Below are positions 38,640 to 52,592 of a stretch of 64,000 nucleotides of DNA, piece by piece. How positions within the stretch are numbered: position 1 is the stretch's first letter; every line of letters starts with the position of its first letter. Source of the stretch: Octopus sinensis. Taxonomy: Eukaryota. The notes under the pieces were generated by a model that made no database searches, was not told the origin of the DNA, and saw only the letters and a program-made list of their open reading frames with translations. The stretch is from contig NC_043001.1 of assembly GCF_006345805.1 (NCBI RefSeq), forward strand, positions 61,318,001 through 61,382,000, read 5' to 3'. The translations under genes and the position numbers were made by a program.

Positions 38640-39026
38640 CTGTTGAGTAACTATCAGAGAGGCTTGGATTTAGCCTATCAATCTCTCGTCGACACCTGCG
38701 CTAGAAGAAAAACGACGAATTTTGTTTCAAGACGAAAGCTGTTCTTCCAGCAGGATAATGCTCGGCCACATACAGAGAGGATGACATTCCAAAGACTGGA
38801 GTAGTTTGAATGGGAAAAGGTATCATTCAAATATGAATTCTGTAATCGAGGTCAGAACAGTACTGGAGGTCACGTACAAGTGAATTTTGGAAGAGGGGCT
38901 TTGCAAATCTACCAGATAGATGGAAGAGCATTGTAGAAAATAAAGGAGAGTATATTTTAGATGAAAAAAGAGAAATTTATCTTAAGAAGTAAAAAAAAAC
39001 CGCATTATTTATATGATGATCCAATA
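38640..39026 (+). mobile_element. Mariner transposon 3' remnant with right TIR
   Basis: LFFQQDNARPHT...FEWE; FWKRGFANLPDRWKSIVENKGEYIL; ends ccgcattatttatatgatgatccaa-TA. Confidence 0.85.
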
Positions 39027-39559
39027 TATAAGTAAATGCACCCATGTATATATCACATTGAATAAATGTAGCTCCTCTCTCTTTATCTCTCTTTCTCGCT
39101 CTCTCTCCCTCTCTCTACTAGAAAATGTTAATCATGAATACTTTTGTTCCTCATGTCATATAAAATAATTTGATTCGTTATATTTTGTTATTGCAATTTA
39201 CTAGAGTATGCATTCATTAGGTTTCTTTAATTCTGTTGTTGTACCATTAGATGCACAATAGGATGTGCATAATAATTTTACTGTTCAAAAGCATGTGATT
39301 GGAACGAATAGAATGGAATGCAAAATGCAGCTAAATGAGTGAAAGCTACATATTTATTATATAAAATTCACAAAAACTATAGATTTTTACGTTGAGATTT
39401 CAACTCGACTCGCGTGAAATAGACATAATAGTTATATATTACGTAACTGTGTGTCTTCTTTTTGTTCACAAACTGTTTGTATTGGTGAACAGTCAACAGC
39501 GTAGAACAGCATTAAGTTGAAAGTTTTAGTTGGGAAAAAGGTAGCTGACAGGGAAGAAT

Positions 39560-40060
39560 GGAAACCATCTGAATATTGGAAACCCTGTGCAATGATGATT
39601 CGCACCGGCTATCAAACTGCCGACATCCTGACTATTGCTCAATGCCCTCTGAACAATGTAAATTCTGAAACACCTGTCATGGACGGCTGCAACAGAGACT
39701 ACGAAGCCGAGACAACGCAGTTGTTCTGACCGCGTCGACACGCCGGAATTCATCCCCAATATCTACGAACTGCGCTTTACGCTCAATTCAGACTGATATG
39801 TAAAGCTGCTGGAGATTGTGGTCAATCCATGGATGGAGAGGGTAGTTGCTGAAAAACCACATATGTGGCATCAGTATTCGGTTCCTTGCCATACTCCAGA
39901 AAAAAAATGTCTGAAATGGTTTTCGGAAATTTCTACTTCACCAGCCCCAATTTCTGGATATTTAATTCCATTGATTGCAATCCCAACCGCACTGTCCGCA
40001 ATACAAAGGCCGATCTGGTGGCTAAGACCAATGAGGGGTTCGAAATGACGAAAACAGAAA
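39560..40060 (+). mobile_element. Internally deleted maT/DD37D-like Tc1/mariner remnant
   Basis: YVKLLEIVVNPWMERVVAEKPHMWHQYSVPCHT; NFYFTSPNFWIFNSIDCNP. Confidence 0.7.
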
Positions 40061-40529
40061 AAACCCCGACGTGCACGTGTGTACTTATGTGTGTGTGTGC
40101 GCGCGCGTGTCTAGATATATGTTTTCCGTACTTAAACTACATACATCATTAAAAAGGCTGATGATTTTGGTGTTTGTGATTGAGAGAAGATTTCTTCGTT
40201 GGTATGTGGTTTCAAAAACAAATATATATATGAGGTAAGCGATCATCGTCTCAGTAATAACTCACATGAGCATCTGCCATAATTTTGTCTTATTGGTCAT
40301 CACCAATAAGACAATTTTCCCAAGCAGCCGATCTATAATAAGCTCCGAGTGTGCAATTATTTGAATGTGGTTAAATATTTGATAATTCGTTGACAAAACA
40401 CCATTTTGGGGGTATTATACTTCTCCTTTTTCTGAGATCATGGAGGTCTGTGCATTTTGTCATTTTACATCAATTTATAGTACCATTAAGAGGGATTACT
40501 TTTTGAATTTATATCGTATGGATGTATGT

Positions 40530-40745
40530 GTGTGTCTTTGTGTCTTTGTTTGTCCTTAATCACCGCTTTACAACCAGTGTTGGTGTATTTATGCCTCCAC
40601 AACTTAGCGGCTTAGTAAAAGAGAACGATAGAATACGTACTGGACTTAGAAAACGTAAGCCCTAGACTTTGGTCGACTAAGCACCATTCAAGGTCGTGCT
40701 GCAGTATGGCCTCCGATAAATGACTGAAACAAGTAAAAGATAAAA
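40530..40745 (+). mobile_element. tRNA-derived SINE, family 2, 3' half
   Basis: aaccagtgttggtgt...aacttagcgg...gatagaata...gtcgactaa...cagtatggcc...aaatgactgaaacaagtaaaaga. Confidence 0.8.
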
Positions 40746-40889
40746 GATATCTGTCGTAAAAAGTAGTAACCATCCCTGAATGTTGTAAGCTAACACAAAG
40801 ATTATAAGGGCAGATATAACTGATTGTTAGTAGAGTGCAAGACATAGATGAAAGACTTTTGAGCCGAGTGTGTGGATTCAAGGTGTCAG

Positions 40890-41300
40890 AAAAGTCGTAC
40901 GAACGCCAACATTGTGATAGAATTACTGGATTTTATGGGAATTCCACATTCTGACTGACAAAGTTCAAAAACGACGATAGTAGAAAATAAATGAAAAAAT
41001 ATAAGATCATAGATTTGTAATTTATTTGTGTAGATACCAAAAAAATTCAGAGAATTGGTAAATATGAAGACTTAACCAGAAGATAAAGAAATTGTGGAAG
41101 TCTACATTAACAGCTATCTCTGTGGTAATTGGTACACTTGGCACAACATCCAAAGTGTTTCCTAAGAGGCTGGAGTGTACTGGAATTCAGACTTGCAATG
41201 TTGACTTGCAAAAAGTACGATTCTATATTCTACAGGAATCTTAAGAAAGATTCTTGAGATTTCAGGAAACTAGTCACGAAACCTAAAGAATTCACTCCTG
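40890..41300 (+). mobile_element. R4/Dong RLE 3' fragment
   Basis: WILWEFHILTDK; KYEDL; VVIGTLG; DLQK...GILRKILE. Confidence 0.7.
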
Positions 41301-42547
41301 TAAATTAATATAGTAATAGTTTTAATAATAATGTGTTTTTTGCTTTTGTTCTTCTCATATTATGTTTGGAGCTGTTATTGCAATACATGCTTAATTGCAT
41401 GCATGCACATACGTGCACATATATCTATTTACAAATATGCATGAATGTATCCGAAAATACACTGGATATGTGTGTAACTATGTTTATCACACGAGAGACT
41501 TTCTAAACATTATCTAACAGTAGCAAAATGGAAAAATGACAGTTTTATCAGCAGTGGTATTGTTGGCGAAGCAGCGATGGAGAACTTCCGTATATCACAT
41601 TGTTACATTTCTTTTTCCTGTTCATGTAATAAAATGATACAAAATAATTTCATTATTCCTGTTAGTTTTTCGAAATGCATGAAAAAGAAAATGAAGCGAT
41701 TGACGAACAACATTGAGGAGAATCATGTTTACTATAGGAATGCTTATTAGTTTATACATTGCATTAATGCAGTTATTATATTGTTATCGAATGTAAAAAA
41801 AAAACCGACAGTTGTTAAGGGTGTGCATATTAGAATGATCATATAAATCATTTTTATATCTATTATAAGATGCTCTTTGTATATAAATACAGAAAATGCA
41901 ACAATGTAGAGATGCAGGGGACTGTTGCTGGGATTAAGCAAATCCCAAACATCCAAACTGATATAATTGAAAGCCAGCATCATTCACCGAATGTCAATCT
42001 GAGTAAACACCTGCAAGAAAGTTATGTTCCCCACAGCTATGACATGAACGACATCTGGCAGCTTATTTAATAACTAGAATATCCGAACCGTCAATAATGA
42101 CAGTGAGTAGTTTTGGTAATAATTACATTTTGGTTTGTATATATGTATGCTCGACTTTTCCATTTGCCGGTATTCCTGCAAAATATACATAATGAAAGTT
42201 GTTAATGAGAATATGAGGCGGTAAATAAAAATACAAAAAAAGAAAAAATAACAGGAAAATAAGAGAGTTATATTTATCAGTCCCCAAATATTATAGAGGT
42301 TTGATTACTTGCAATATTTCAATAAAGCACTCATTATTCAATATTATGTTACACTATACCTAATATCACAAATTTTGTTCATGTATTTGTATATATACAT
42401 ATTTACACATGAGTATATGATCTTACAAAAAGTTTCATACAGTTCCTTAAAGGTTTTCAAGGAACAGCACGTTTAGTTTATCCAAACGCTAGTCATATAC
42501 AGCATATTTGATATATGAAAGTTACAAATATACATAATCTTTTCTAC

Positions 42548-42715
42548 TAAAGGCACAAGGCCTGAAACTTGATTGGGGGGAACTACTCGATTACATCGGC
42601 CCCAGTGTTTCGACACCGTAAGGAAGAAAGGCAAAGTCGACCTCAGCGAAATTTGAACTTAGAATTTGAACTAAGCATTTCGTCCAGAGTGCTAACAATT
42701 CTGCCAGCTCACCGG
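42548..42715 (-). mobile_element. tRNA-derived SINE, family 1
   Basis: ggcacaaggcctgaaa...tcgattacatcg...aaaggcaaagtcgacctc...aatttgaac...ttctgccagctcacc. Confidence 0.8.
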
Positions 42716-43414
42716 ATTTACAAATGTTCGTATTTTTATTCATTGTTATTCACTTCCACTGCAAACGTCCTTGAATAACAAAATTTCTGGTATAGACATC
42801 AGAAAGCACTAGTACACCTAGTCTTCTAAATTTTCAATTTGTAATTTTTTATTATCCTTGTTTTTTGTTTTGCTTTGTTGTTATTGTTTTTTTGCTTGAA
42901 GTAAGGAATACACGCGTGCAGGGTAATAAGTAAGATGGCTACAGTTGAATACATAGAATACATGTAAATTGTCTACAGTTGAAATATAGAAAAATAGAAC
43001 AGAATATAGTGGAATGTATGAAGAAGAATTTTTAATAATGGAATAAATGTGTATACAAGTGCATAAAGCATATTAAATATATATTGATGACACATTCAAT
43101 ATCATGTTTACTGATTAGATTTACCAATGAAGAAAAAGAGAAAATTTACTTGATCATTAGAATTTAGTTTTGTATTATGAAGCAAAAATACAGCGGATGA
43201 ACTTTGTAATACGAAAAGAATAAACAGAATGACTCCAGATAGCAAAGAGAGCACGAGCCGAATAATTTACGAAGTAAATCATATAAGGTGCAACAGCTCA
43301 AGTAGTTAACTGCTACTATACACAAACACACACTAACACACACGCACACACACACACATGTATGTATGTATGTATGTATGTATGTATGTATGTATGTATG
43401 TATGTATGTATGTA

Positions 43415-43445
<31 letters not shown>

Positions 43446-43769
43446 GTGTGTGTATATACTGAAAAGAATAAGGAAAAGAAGAAAATATTCGGAGGATTTT
43501 ATCCAAGAAAACAGAAAGTAAATATGTACCGGCTTCGATCGTTTAAGACCACCTTTTTATATTGCAATAAAAGGAAAAACAGGGAAAAAATAAAATTTTG
43601 GTATTCCTGGTAGTTAATGTACTTTTTGTTTTATAAAAAAATCACATATTATCCTAATTCATGTCCTGATTGTCGATAGTTGGTAGCAGGTAGATCTAAT
43701 GGTCGTGGGTAAGTCTGTTGATAGTAAGAAGAGGGACAGCAGCACTGACAGCACTAGGTACTGAGCAGT

Positions 43770-44824
43770 TTATATCATCATTTATCGTACGGCTACAACG
43801 CAAGTCCTCCGGCTTAAGTTCGAGTTCTCCAGCTGTCTTACCCTTCTTGTCCAAACAGCTCGTGATATTGTCCGCTCATTGTGTTCTTTACCATTCATTG
43901 CCATATTTGCCTGACTCTTCATCTGTTATCCTTCTACTCTATTCCTTCCATGATAACGTTTTCCAGGTTTCTTTGAATATGGCCATAGTAGATGAGTTTT
44001 TGTTTATTCATAAATATTCTTCGCAACTATAAATGCTTATTGAGAAAGCGCGTACTCGCAGAAGCCATGTTTTAAATTTGAGATACACTTGCGGATCCAG
44101 ATTTTATTAAACTTATTTCACTTGCTCTACTACCACAACATCCGTTTTCAAAAGGTTGGGATGAAACTTTGCGTGTTTGACGCCATCTCGACTTTATCAT
44201 TTTTTGTAGTCCGGTTTCAGTCATGGCTTAGATTAGAAATATGCAAGCCAATATATTTTTGATGCCATTTTCTCCAGTATTACTTCTTACATTATCTATT
44301 CAGTGTATACAGCCCTGACGAACCGCTTTCTAAGTTTTGAACTTTTCTGTGTTCAAATTATTTACTCGAATGCAGGACTTCTGCTGAACATAAAACTTCT
44401 TGATAAGCCTATTCAGTTATTTCGGGATACCGAGTTTAGACATGATACACCGCATGAGACCATAGTTTGCACAGTATAAGCCTTTCTGTAATCAATGTAG
44501 CAAAGGTAAGTCATAAGGTTGTCTGCCTTGCATGCTTCTAAAGTTATGTGGAGATAGTGCAGTTGATCTTTTGTGCCACGTCCGCTTTAAAGCCAATCTG
44601 TTCTTTAATAATTTCTTACTTGACGAATGATTTTAGACATTTTAGGATGATGACCAAAAGTCCTTTACTTCCATATAGTATCAGAGCGACAGTTTCATAA
44701 TTCTCGCGTTTAAGCAGGTATCGCCTTTGAGTATGGGTACATGTTTTGTTGCGCATCAATCTGATGTCCCCCTCTCCCCACCCACAAGATCGTACAGCAG
44801 AGGTTGTAATGTATTATTATGGTA

Positions 44825-44887
<63 letters not shown>

Positions 44888-46330
44888 CAATTGATCAATT
44901 CAATCGACACTGCATCTAGACTTGGTGCTTTACTGCTGTTTTATGTTTTCCTGAGATTTTTCTACCTCACCTCTTAGTGATTCAGCTTTTTTCTAATACC
45001 TTAAATGTGTGTCAACTACAACGACAACTGGGTCACTTTCATATCATTTCTTGGCGTACTCTAAACACCTTTACTTTACCTTTTCTGCTGTAGTTAGAAC
45101 TATTTCTTGTGGTGATTTAATACTGCCTATCTTTGCAGTGCGTTCTGCTTTTAGTTCCTTTAGTTGTTAGAAAAATCCTTTCGAGATATTAAGTTTTGCT
45201 CGTTCATCTAGATTTTCGCACAAATTGGTTATGTAATTGTTTTTATCTTTCCAACATCCTCATTTACATACTATGTTGATATCTTTATACTCTTCTCTTC
45301 TGGATTGGACACCTAGCTTCTTGCTTTCCTTCTTTTTTTAGCAAGATCCATAGTTGCTACGAATATCCATGGCTGCTTTTTTATTATCTTTCTGTCTGGT
45401 AATTGTATTTCGGCAGATTCCAGTAGTCCTTAATCGAATCAGTTGCAATGATGCTGCTTCAGAACAGTTTCCCCTTCTATAACCTACCAGTAGTCGTAGT
45501 GGTGATCCTAGTTCGGTTTACAGTATTGTTGGTGGGAGCATTTCTTATTTCTCTTTCTCTGCTATAAGCATTTATACGAGTTGGTGTTTGATAATGGAAG
45601 ACATTTCTTTGTTGATGCGTTGTAGTCGAGTTATATTATCACTAAATTTGTCGGTTGTTTGTTACTTGCACATGTGTCTGTATGTTCTCTTAGTCCTATT
45701 TTCTATATCACTGTATTTAGAGTTGCGGATCTGTGCGACGCCATTCGTTCTCGTAGAGCGTTTTTTCTTCGTGCTGTGTAATATTCCCCACATCCTGAGC
45801 TTGTTCTTGCATATACTGGATTTTCCGATGCACGGGTAAAGTTATTTTTTATTGTGAAGTGCATCTCTGATCCCTCTGCCAGCTGAAACCATTTCCCACA
45901 ATTAGGTCTTCCACTTTTTTTACAATTGATTTTATTGTTATAATCGGGTAGAGGTTAGCCAGTGTTAATGATTTTCTTACTAGTTTATGATGGTATGAGT
46001 GTTGGAAGGATTTGGCTCATTCTAGGATTCTTTTTCAGTAATGGCATGTAATGGAATATGTAGGTCGCATTGTTTTCAAGGTTGTAGGTGGAGGTATAAG
46101 GTTCTACTTTGAATTTCGATTCATTTCTTTCGGTTTTCTAAGTTTTTGGATAGTGAGTTTCTGGGCTCATCGAATTCTATTGTTTGTTAAGGATGGTGTT
46201 TAGTTTCTGCAAAGGTGGGTATATTTCAGTTCTTGGAGTCTTATGGCTCGGATGTTTGTATAAGATGCTATTGTACAAATTATTTTGGCAAAGTTACAAG
46301 TAATATTAATTCTGGTGTGTCTTGGAGGGC
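43770..46330 (-). mobile_element. Decayed RTE-clade LINE (APE and RT), interrupted by (CT)n at 44822-44884
   Basis: NYETVALILYGSK, EQIGF, YLCYIDYRKAY, LIKKFYVQQKSCIRV, AVRQGC; IGSIKSPQEIVLTTAEKVK. Confidence 0.8.
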
Positions 46331-47289
46331 ATAAATTGAATGGAAGATATTGCTTGGAGTCTGTATGTCTATAATAAATATCTCCCTGCCTTTTGCTGTT
46401 GAATTTCTTTTATAAGGATGTCGAAAATGGAAGTCGCTGCTACTGTTACTACCACCACTACTGCCTCTCTCGTCATTAACATTACATCTACCTGCTACCA
46501 ACTAGCAACAATCAGGGCATGATATATAGCACCATGTAATATTTCTATAAAGAAAATATATGAAGTACCACAAATGATTAAGAAACTTTTATTCCATTTT
46601 CTTCTTTTATTTCTTTTATACCAATGTTAAGCGTATGTCATAAACGATCGAGACTGGTGTGTAATTTCTTTCGCTTTTCCATGTCTCAAAATAATTTCTT
46701 CTTTTCTTCACATATTCAGTATTTATTTACTCGTGTGATCCCTTTCAACATGTGTGTATATGTATATAATATATACACATATATGTCACCAACAGAAAAC
46801 AACTTGAAATACGAAAACAATGAGTTCAATACAAGTGTATTGAGACATACAAGGAAAACGAACGAAAACAAACATAGAGGGTCGTTAGACCAGAACAAGT
46901 GTAAAATATTGAACGCTGCAGAAATATTTTCTTTGATGAGATAGGATAGAAGAGAGAGATATAGGATACGTCCAGTCTTTAGGACAGACCTGAAAGAAAA
47001 GAAAGATGGTCACGTGAGGAAAAGAAAGATGAACGATTGTCACGTGTGAACAACGTGAGACAGTAAAGGAGAAAGAGGGGGTAGACAGAGACAGATAGGG
47101 AACGTTGAGAGGGAGAAAAAAGGGAAATAAAGAAAGGATGAGAGAGAAAACGATAGAGGGAAATAAAAGTATAGAGTCACATCAAAGAGATTAAGATGAA
47201 CTTACTTGGAAATTGATACGTGCCGTTCAATCAAATAATAATAAAAATAATATATATATATATTGTCGGCTCCAGCTCGTATCCGAACT

Positions 47290-47640
47290 TTGGGTTCGTC
47301 AGTTTCCATCCAGTCTCCTCGGCAGATATTTGTGCCGAAAGTGACTTTGGAGTCCAAGTCGGTGGTGAAAGAGTTGTGGGCAGAACTCGGAAATGATGGT
47401 CGGTGCTGGTCGAGGATGTTGAAGACGCTCCTTTTATCTGCTGCGTATTGCCTCCTCATTCTGTTGCCTGCTCTGCTTCAAGGAGCTGGGTCCATTACGG
47501 ATAGCAGTCCTCCAGGCTATCCTATCCATGGCAATCTGTTCCCATGAGGATGGCTGAATGTTAGCTTCAACATAGATCCGTTTGAGCTGGTCTTTAAAAC
47601 GGAATTTCGGACCTCCTTCTTCCGATTGCAAATTCCCGGG
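47290..47640 (-). mobile_element. RTE-clade LINE 3' end
   Basis: GGPKFRFKDQLKR...SWEQIAMDRIAWRTAIRNG. Confidence 0.8.
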
Positions 47641-47839
47641 AGAGTTGGGTGACATTTGTAAAATTTAAAATTTCCTGAGTGAGTAGAAATTGGGGGGTTA
47701 CATTTGAAAAAAGGGTTTTTTTTTTTTACATTAGTAATCTCCGACATCTAAAACGTGGGAATCCCTAAAACTTTTTTCATAAGAAATGCATTTTTCAAGG
47801 AGACGTGCGAAACTGCATTAGCACCACATTATATATATA

Positions 47840-47883
<44 letters not shown>

Positions 47884-48884
47884 GAGGAACTCTCTCGTCA
47901 TTAGACGACGTATGAACGTTCTACAATTCCTTACCGAACAACCACACAGATGATTTGTTTATAGTAATCAAATGTTTGTATACACATAAGTTCACTCCCT
48001 CCAGCAAATCGATATTTTCTGTACAGGTGCAACGATTGCCACATGTCAGATGGCGAAATAATCGCAGAGCAACGTGAAATGAAGTGCAACACCTTAACTA
48101 CTGAGCCAGGAGTCTTCACATATATACCTATATTTATGCGTGTGTGTGTTTGTGTGTGTGTATATGTGTGAGTGTTTGCGTGTGTGTGACACATGGCCTA
48201 GTGTTTAGGGTGTTGCTCTGCGATAACTTCGTTGTTCAGACAACGTCGATTTAATCACTATAAACAAGTTATTTGTGAAGATATTTCGGCAAAAGCTGAA
48301 CACTCACACGTCGTTCTTGATGGGAGAGTCCATCATATATATGCTTATATATGGATGTATATACACACATATATTTGTATATGTATATAAAGACAGAAAT
48401 ACACATTGCCTATTATAATATTGTCTGTATACACATACTTAGAGCAGTCCACTATCCACAAACGTTTAGAACTTGAAAGAGAACTTTTACATAAATTTTT
48501 AAATGTGTGAAATGAAACTGGCTCAGCTTCTAATTCTCCTTTAGAAGGAAATTGCAATAACAAAAATACTTCGATGTGTAACATTTTTTTTACATGAACA
48601 CGTATTTCTGTCCAGCTTAAATCGTATATATTAAGAACCGTACATACGTACACACACACACACACCACACACACACACACACACCACACACACACACACA
48701 CACACACGTATCTATATATCTGTATACTATTGCTTGTTCGTATTATCAGACCTTTCATAAATGAAAATAAACTTCTTCCTCATCAGATAGCAGTAGATCA
48801 CTGATGAACCAAATGGTTATTCTCATCTAAACTTCGAGTAGGTCTTATATATACTTATGCGAGTGCACGTGCGTGACTATATTC

Positions 48885-49085
48885 TTTTATTCTTTTATTT
48901 GTTTCACCATTTGACTGCGACCATGCTGCTGCACCACGTTTAGTCGAACAAAGCGACCCCAAAATTTATTCTTCGTAAGCCTAGTACTTATTCTATCGGG
49001 CTCTTTGTCGAACTGCTAAGTTACGGGAACATAAACACACCAACATCGTTTGTCAAGCAATGGTGTGGGTACAAACACAGACACA
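48885..49085 (-). mobile_element. tRNA-derived SINE, family 2, 3' half
   Basis: catttgactgcgaccatgct...tagtcga...gtaagcctagtacttattctatcg...ctaagttacgg...aaacacacc. Confidence 0.85.
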
Positions 49086-49252
49086 AACACACACATATAT
49101 ATGAATATATATATATATATATATATAATATATATATATATATATAATATATATATATATATATAATTTATATAGGATAAAATTTTTTTCGAAAAAAAAT
49201 TTTTATCAATGGCCAGCATATCAAAAAATGCCTTTAAAGGTAAAATTTATAC

Positions 49253-49796
49253 ATAATTTACAAGATAAGGGCAGAAGAAAAATTCTAATGCCAGATAGGC
49301 CGAAACAAAAAAAATTGTTGATAACCATTAAATTTATGCGTCTCGAAACAAACCGATAGAAATCTCTAAAAATTCGTTATTACCGTATTGGTCCAATTTC
49401 GGGGTTAATTCACAAGAAATTTTCCCCTCCTCAGCGGCACATACGCGAGATATAAATGAAATACTTATTCATAACCATGGAAGAAGCAAGCACCAAGTCC
49501 CGAGCAGACATAAGTACCCCAATATATCCAAATAGAAAAATCTATCAAGGACTTGGTGCTTGCTTCTTCCATGGGTATGAATAAGTATTTCATTTATATC
49601 TTGCGTATGTGCCGCTGAGGAGGTGAAAATTTCTTGTGAATTAACCCCGAAATTGGACCAATACGGTAATAACAAATTTTTTCGAGATTTCTATCGGTTT
49701 GTTTCGAGACGCATAAATTTAATGGTTATCGATAATTTTTTTGTTTCGGCGTATCTGGCATTAGAATTTTTCTTCTGCCCTTATCTTGTAAATTAT
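49253..49796. repeat. Inverted repeat, ~248-bp arms (49253-49500, 49549-49796), 48-bp spacer, (TA)n-flanked
   Basis: Arms are reverse complements with a few mismatches. Confidence 0.93.
49610..49668 (+). ncRNA. Type I hammerhead ribozyme motif (mirror copy 49381-49439, minus)
   Basis: UGCCG-CUGAGGA(49615-21)-GG(U/G)G...CCCC-GAAA(49649-52)-UUGG a CCAA-UA-CGGUA; AUA site, cut after 49663; minus copy has perfect GGGG/CCCC stem II. Confidence 0.75.
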
Positions 49797-49797
49797 T

Positions 49798-49859
<62 letters not shown>

Positions 49860-49983
49860 TTATTTTATAGAAGGAGCTTCTTGAAGCTATTTCTATAAAA
49901 TAAAATAAATTAATTTACTCTGCCATGTATTGAGTACCTTATTTACTGTGGTTAACCCCGACTCAACCCGGGACCTACATATA

Positions 49984-50019
<36 letters not shown>

Positions 50020-50029
50020 TGTATGTATG

Positions 50030-50500
50030 TATGTTATGTCAGGTCACTTTCGAGTGCTACTGGTAGCATGTAACCCAGTACAACCTGTTGCATGGTCGGG
50101 TCATCGGCGACTAAACCGGCAACCCCACCAAGCTTGCTTGGTGAGGAGGGTGTTTATTGGACACCCTGCGGGATGAAAAACAAATACCGTCAAAGAGCGG
50201 ATGAACTCTTGAGAGTCAACAGCCATCCAATAAATGTTTTAAGGATGTATCATGCGCGGGGACATAGAAATAATTGGACTGAATACCCGATCGCGTTGTT
50301 AAACCATTGAGAGTGAAGGACACCTAGGCTTTCTTAGGGCATCCTTCTAGGAGAAGGTAACTCAGGTAACTGGGATGACTCCGACATAAAACCTGCGGCT
50401 CAGTGGTTACCGATGATGTTGACTTGTTCCTCTTTTCGGATTATAGCTGCTGTTGCTTAGTGAGTGGGATTGACTCAGTGCACAGCCTTTCCTCACTTTA
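50030..50500 (+). mobile_element. Possible LINE (RTE-like) 5' UTR fragment with GC-rich hairpins
   Basis: ccccaccaagc/gcttggtgagg and agggtgt/acaccct hairpins; gcaacccca and aaacctgcggc motifs recalled from RTE 5' ends. Confidence 0.35.
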
Positions 50501-50637
50501 AAAAAATCTTCTTGTACAGGCGTTGCACGATAGCAACATTGGTTAAGCTTCGTACAATGGCCATACTCGATAACGAGGGGGCAGCCACCATGTATGTATG
50601 TATATATATATAATAAATATTAGGGAATAAATCCAAA

Positions 50638-50676
<39 letters not shown>

Positions 50677-50869
50677 GCCATCATACATCGTTAGCCACTA
50701 CACGCATTTTTTCTTTCCTTGTTTCTCTCCTTGTTTTCTGTGTCCCTTTCTTTAGAAGAGCGTAGGCTCGAAAATTAAAAGACTTTTTCTAATCCTGAGC
50801 GTTATACTAATACATCTGTTTGTTTTGTACACCACTTATCTTCGTCTTTTGTTTTTTTTCGTAACCTCT

Positions 50870-50942
<73 letters not shown>

Positions 50943-50944
50943 TA

Positions 50945-51112
50945 TACGACGGGCCTCTTTCAGTTTCCGTCTACCAAATCCACTCACATGGCTTTGGTTG
51001 GCCCGAGGCTATAGTAGAAGACACTTGCCCAAGATGCCACGTAGTGGGACCGAAACCGGAACTATGTGGTTGGTAAGCAAGTTAATTACCACACAGCCAC
51101 TCCTGGGCCTAT
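50945..51112 (-). mobile_element. tRNA-derived SINE, family 2, 5' head
   Basis: Minus strand aggagtggctgtgtggtaa...ggtttcggtcccactacgtggc. Confidence 0.85.
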
Positions 51113-51144
51113 GCTTACTTTTTTCTTAAGTATACCATAAAGTA

Positions 51145-51237
51145 TAGGACGGTGAGCTGGCAGAATCGTTAGCACACTGGGCGAAATGCTTAGCCGTATT
51201 ACCTTCTGAGATCAAATTCCGCCGAGGTCGACTTTAA
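51145..51237 (+). mobile_element. tRNA-derived SINE, family 1 head
   Basis: ggtgagctggcagaatcgttagcacactgggcgaaatgcttag...gagatcaaattccgccgaggtcgactt. Confidence 0.8.
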
Positions 51238-52558
51238 TAGCCCTATATACTTAGATCCCACCTCGAATAGGGAATTATCAGTGATAAAAAAATTAAGGAA
51301 TCGGTAGTGAAAATATTTGATGGTAGGATACAAAAACAAACAGCATGTGTGTATAATGGAAGAAAAATTTTCGGTAATATTTCCGTTTATGTTATAAGAA
51401 ATGGATGAGTTTACATTTCATAATCTAGAATTGCCTCGACAATTTCCCATATTCTGATATGAGTTTTTGCGGTATCATGTGCAATGAAACATTTCAAGAT
51501 TTGCCTTAATGTAGAGTTATGAATATCCAGTGTCCGAAAGAATGTATTTGTACATTTGTTCTTGTCATTAGGACTTCATCACTTATTTCAATAAACCTCA
51601 CGGCAGATTTTTAGGATAAGAGTATAACGACATTTAAATTCTCCGTCGTCGATATTTACAGATGAGCAGATTATCGACGTATGCGAATATTCCTGAGAAC
51701 CTAATTCAAGCTTTCTGAGAAGAACACTATTAATAGTATGAATGAGCACTCTTTTATCTATGAACTGAAGGTTCTGATGGGTACTACATGATTGTAATTT
51801 TATTACAGAGAAATGATACGATTTCTCCCATAATTGCTCACTGTTCTAAATTATATGTATGTGAGAGAAGGGGTTGTATGTATGCATATATATGTGTGTA
51901 TGCATATGCATGTATACATGTATATACATACATATATTCGTGTATAGATATTATTATATCTGACGCACATATTCGAGCACCGAATTATGTAGTTGTTAAT
52001 ACAGTCTTTGGCTATTACCGACTTGTCTTACGACACCACGTGTTGAAGAGTCGCAGATTCTGTGGTGGGATCCATTGGGTGAGGTTGGTGTACTTCTAGT
52101 ACATGTAAAGTCATAAATCCGAACGTAGATACTGACATAGTTGATGTATTTTTTTAATATACGGCTAATGAATCAGCAAATTATCAATGCCGCAGTTGGA
52201 ATTTTCAGTGTTGCTAGTTGCAGATCTTTTGCGTTTTCCTCCCATGGTGAACGAAAAATATTGAGAGGCACAAGTTGGTATTTATCTCACTTTAAGCAGT
52301 ATACAAAGACCAAGAGATATCGCAGTGATGTTGGTAACTAGCGTGGTAGTGTATTAATAAAAGAGAGAAGATTGCGGTTTTTCATCCATACAATTAGTTA
52401 AAGTGTGCTTTTTAATTTACTCTAATTCATATCCACTGTATTGTGTGAAAGTGCATTTAGGAGTATGCATGCATCTTGATATGATTTTTGAAATCTGATG
52501 ATAGCCGGGTCGAAACAATTGTAGCGATCATTGAAGATTCTCTTAGCCTCCACCTTCC

Positions 52559-52592
<34 letters not shown>

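Noticed and set aside
48800-48830. CUGAUGA-ACC/GGU
   Set aside because: No GAAA or stem III follows
51145-51225. tRNA genes at SINE heads
   Set aside because: A/B boxes present but no full cloverleaf; sequence continues into the SINE body
51400-52400. piggyBac-like residues (IFTDEQI, ELKVLMG)
   Set aside because: Too few matches, no TTAA/TIR ends found
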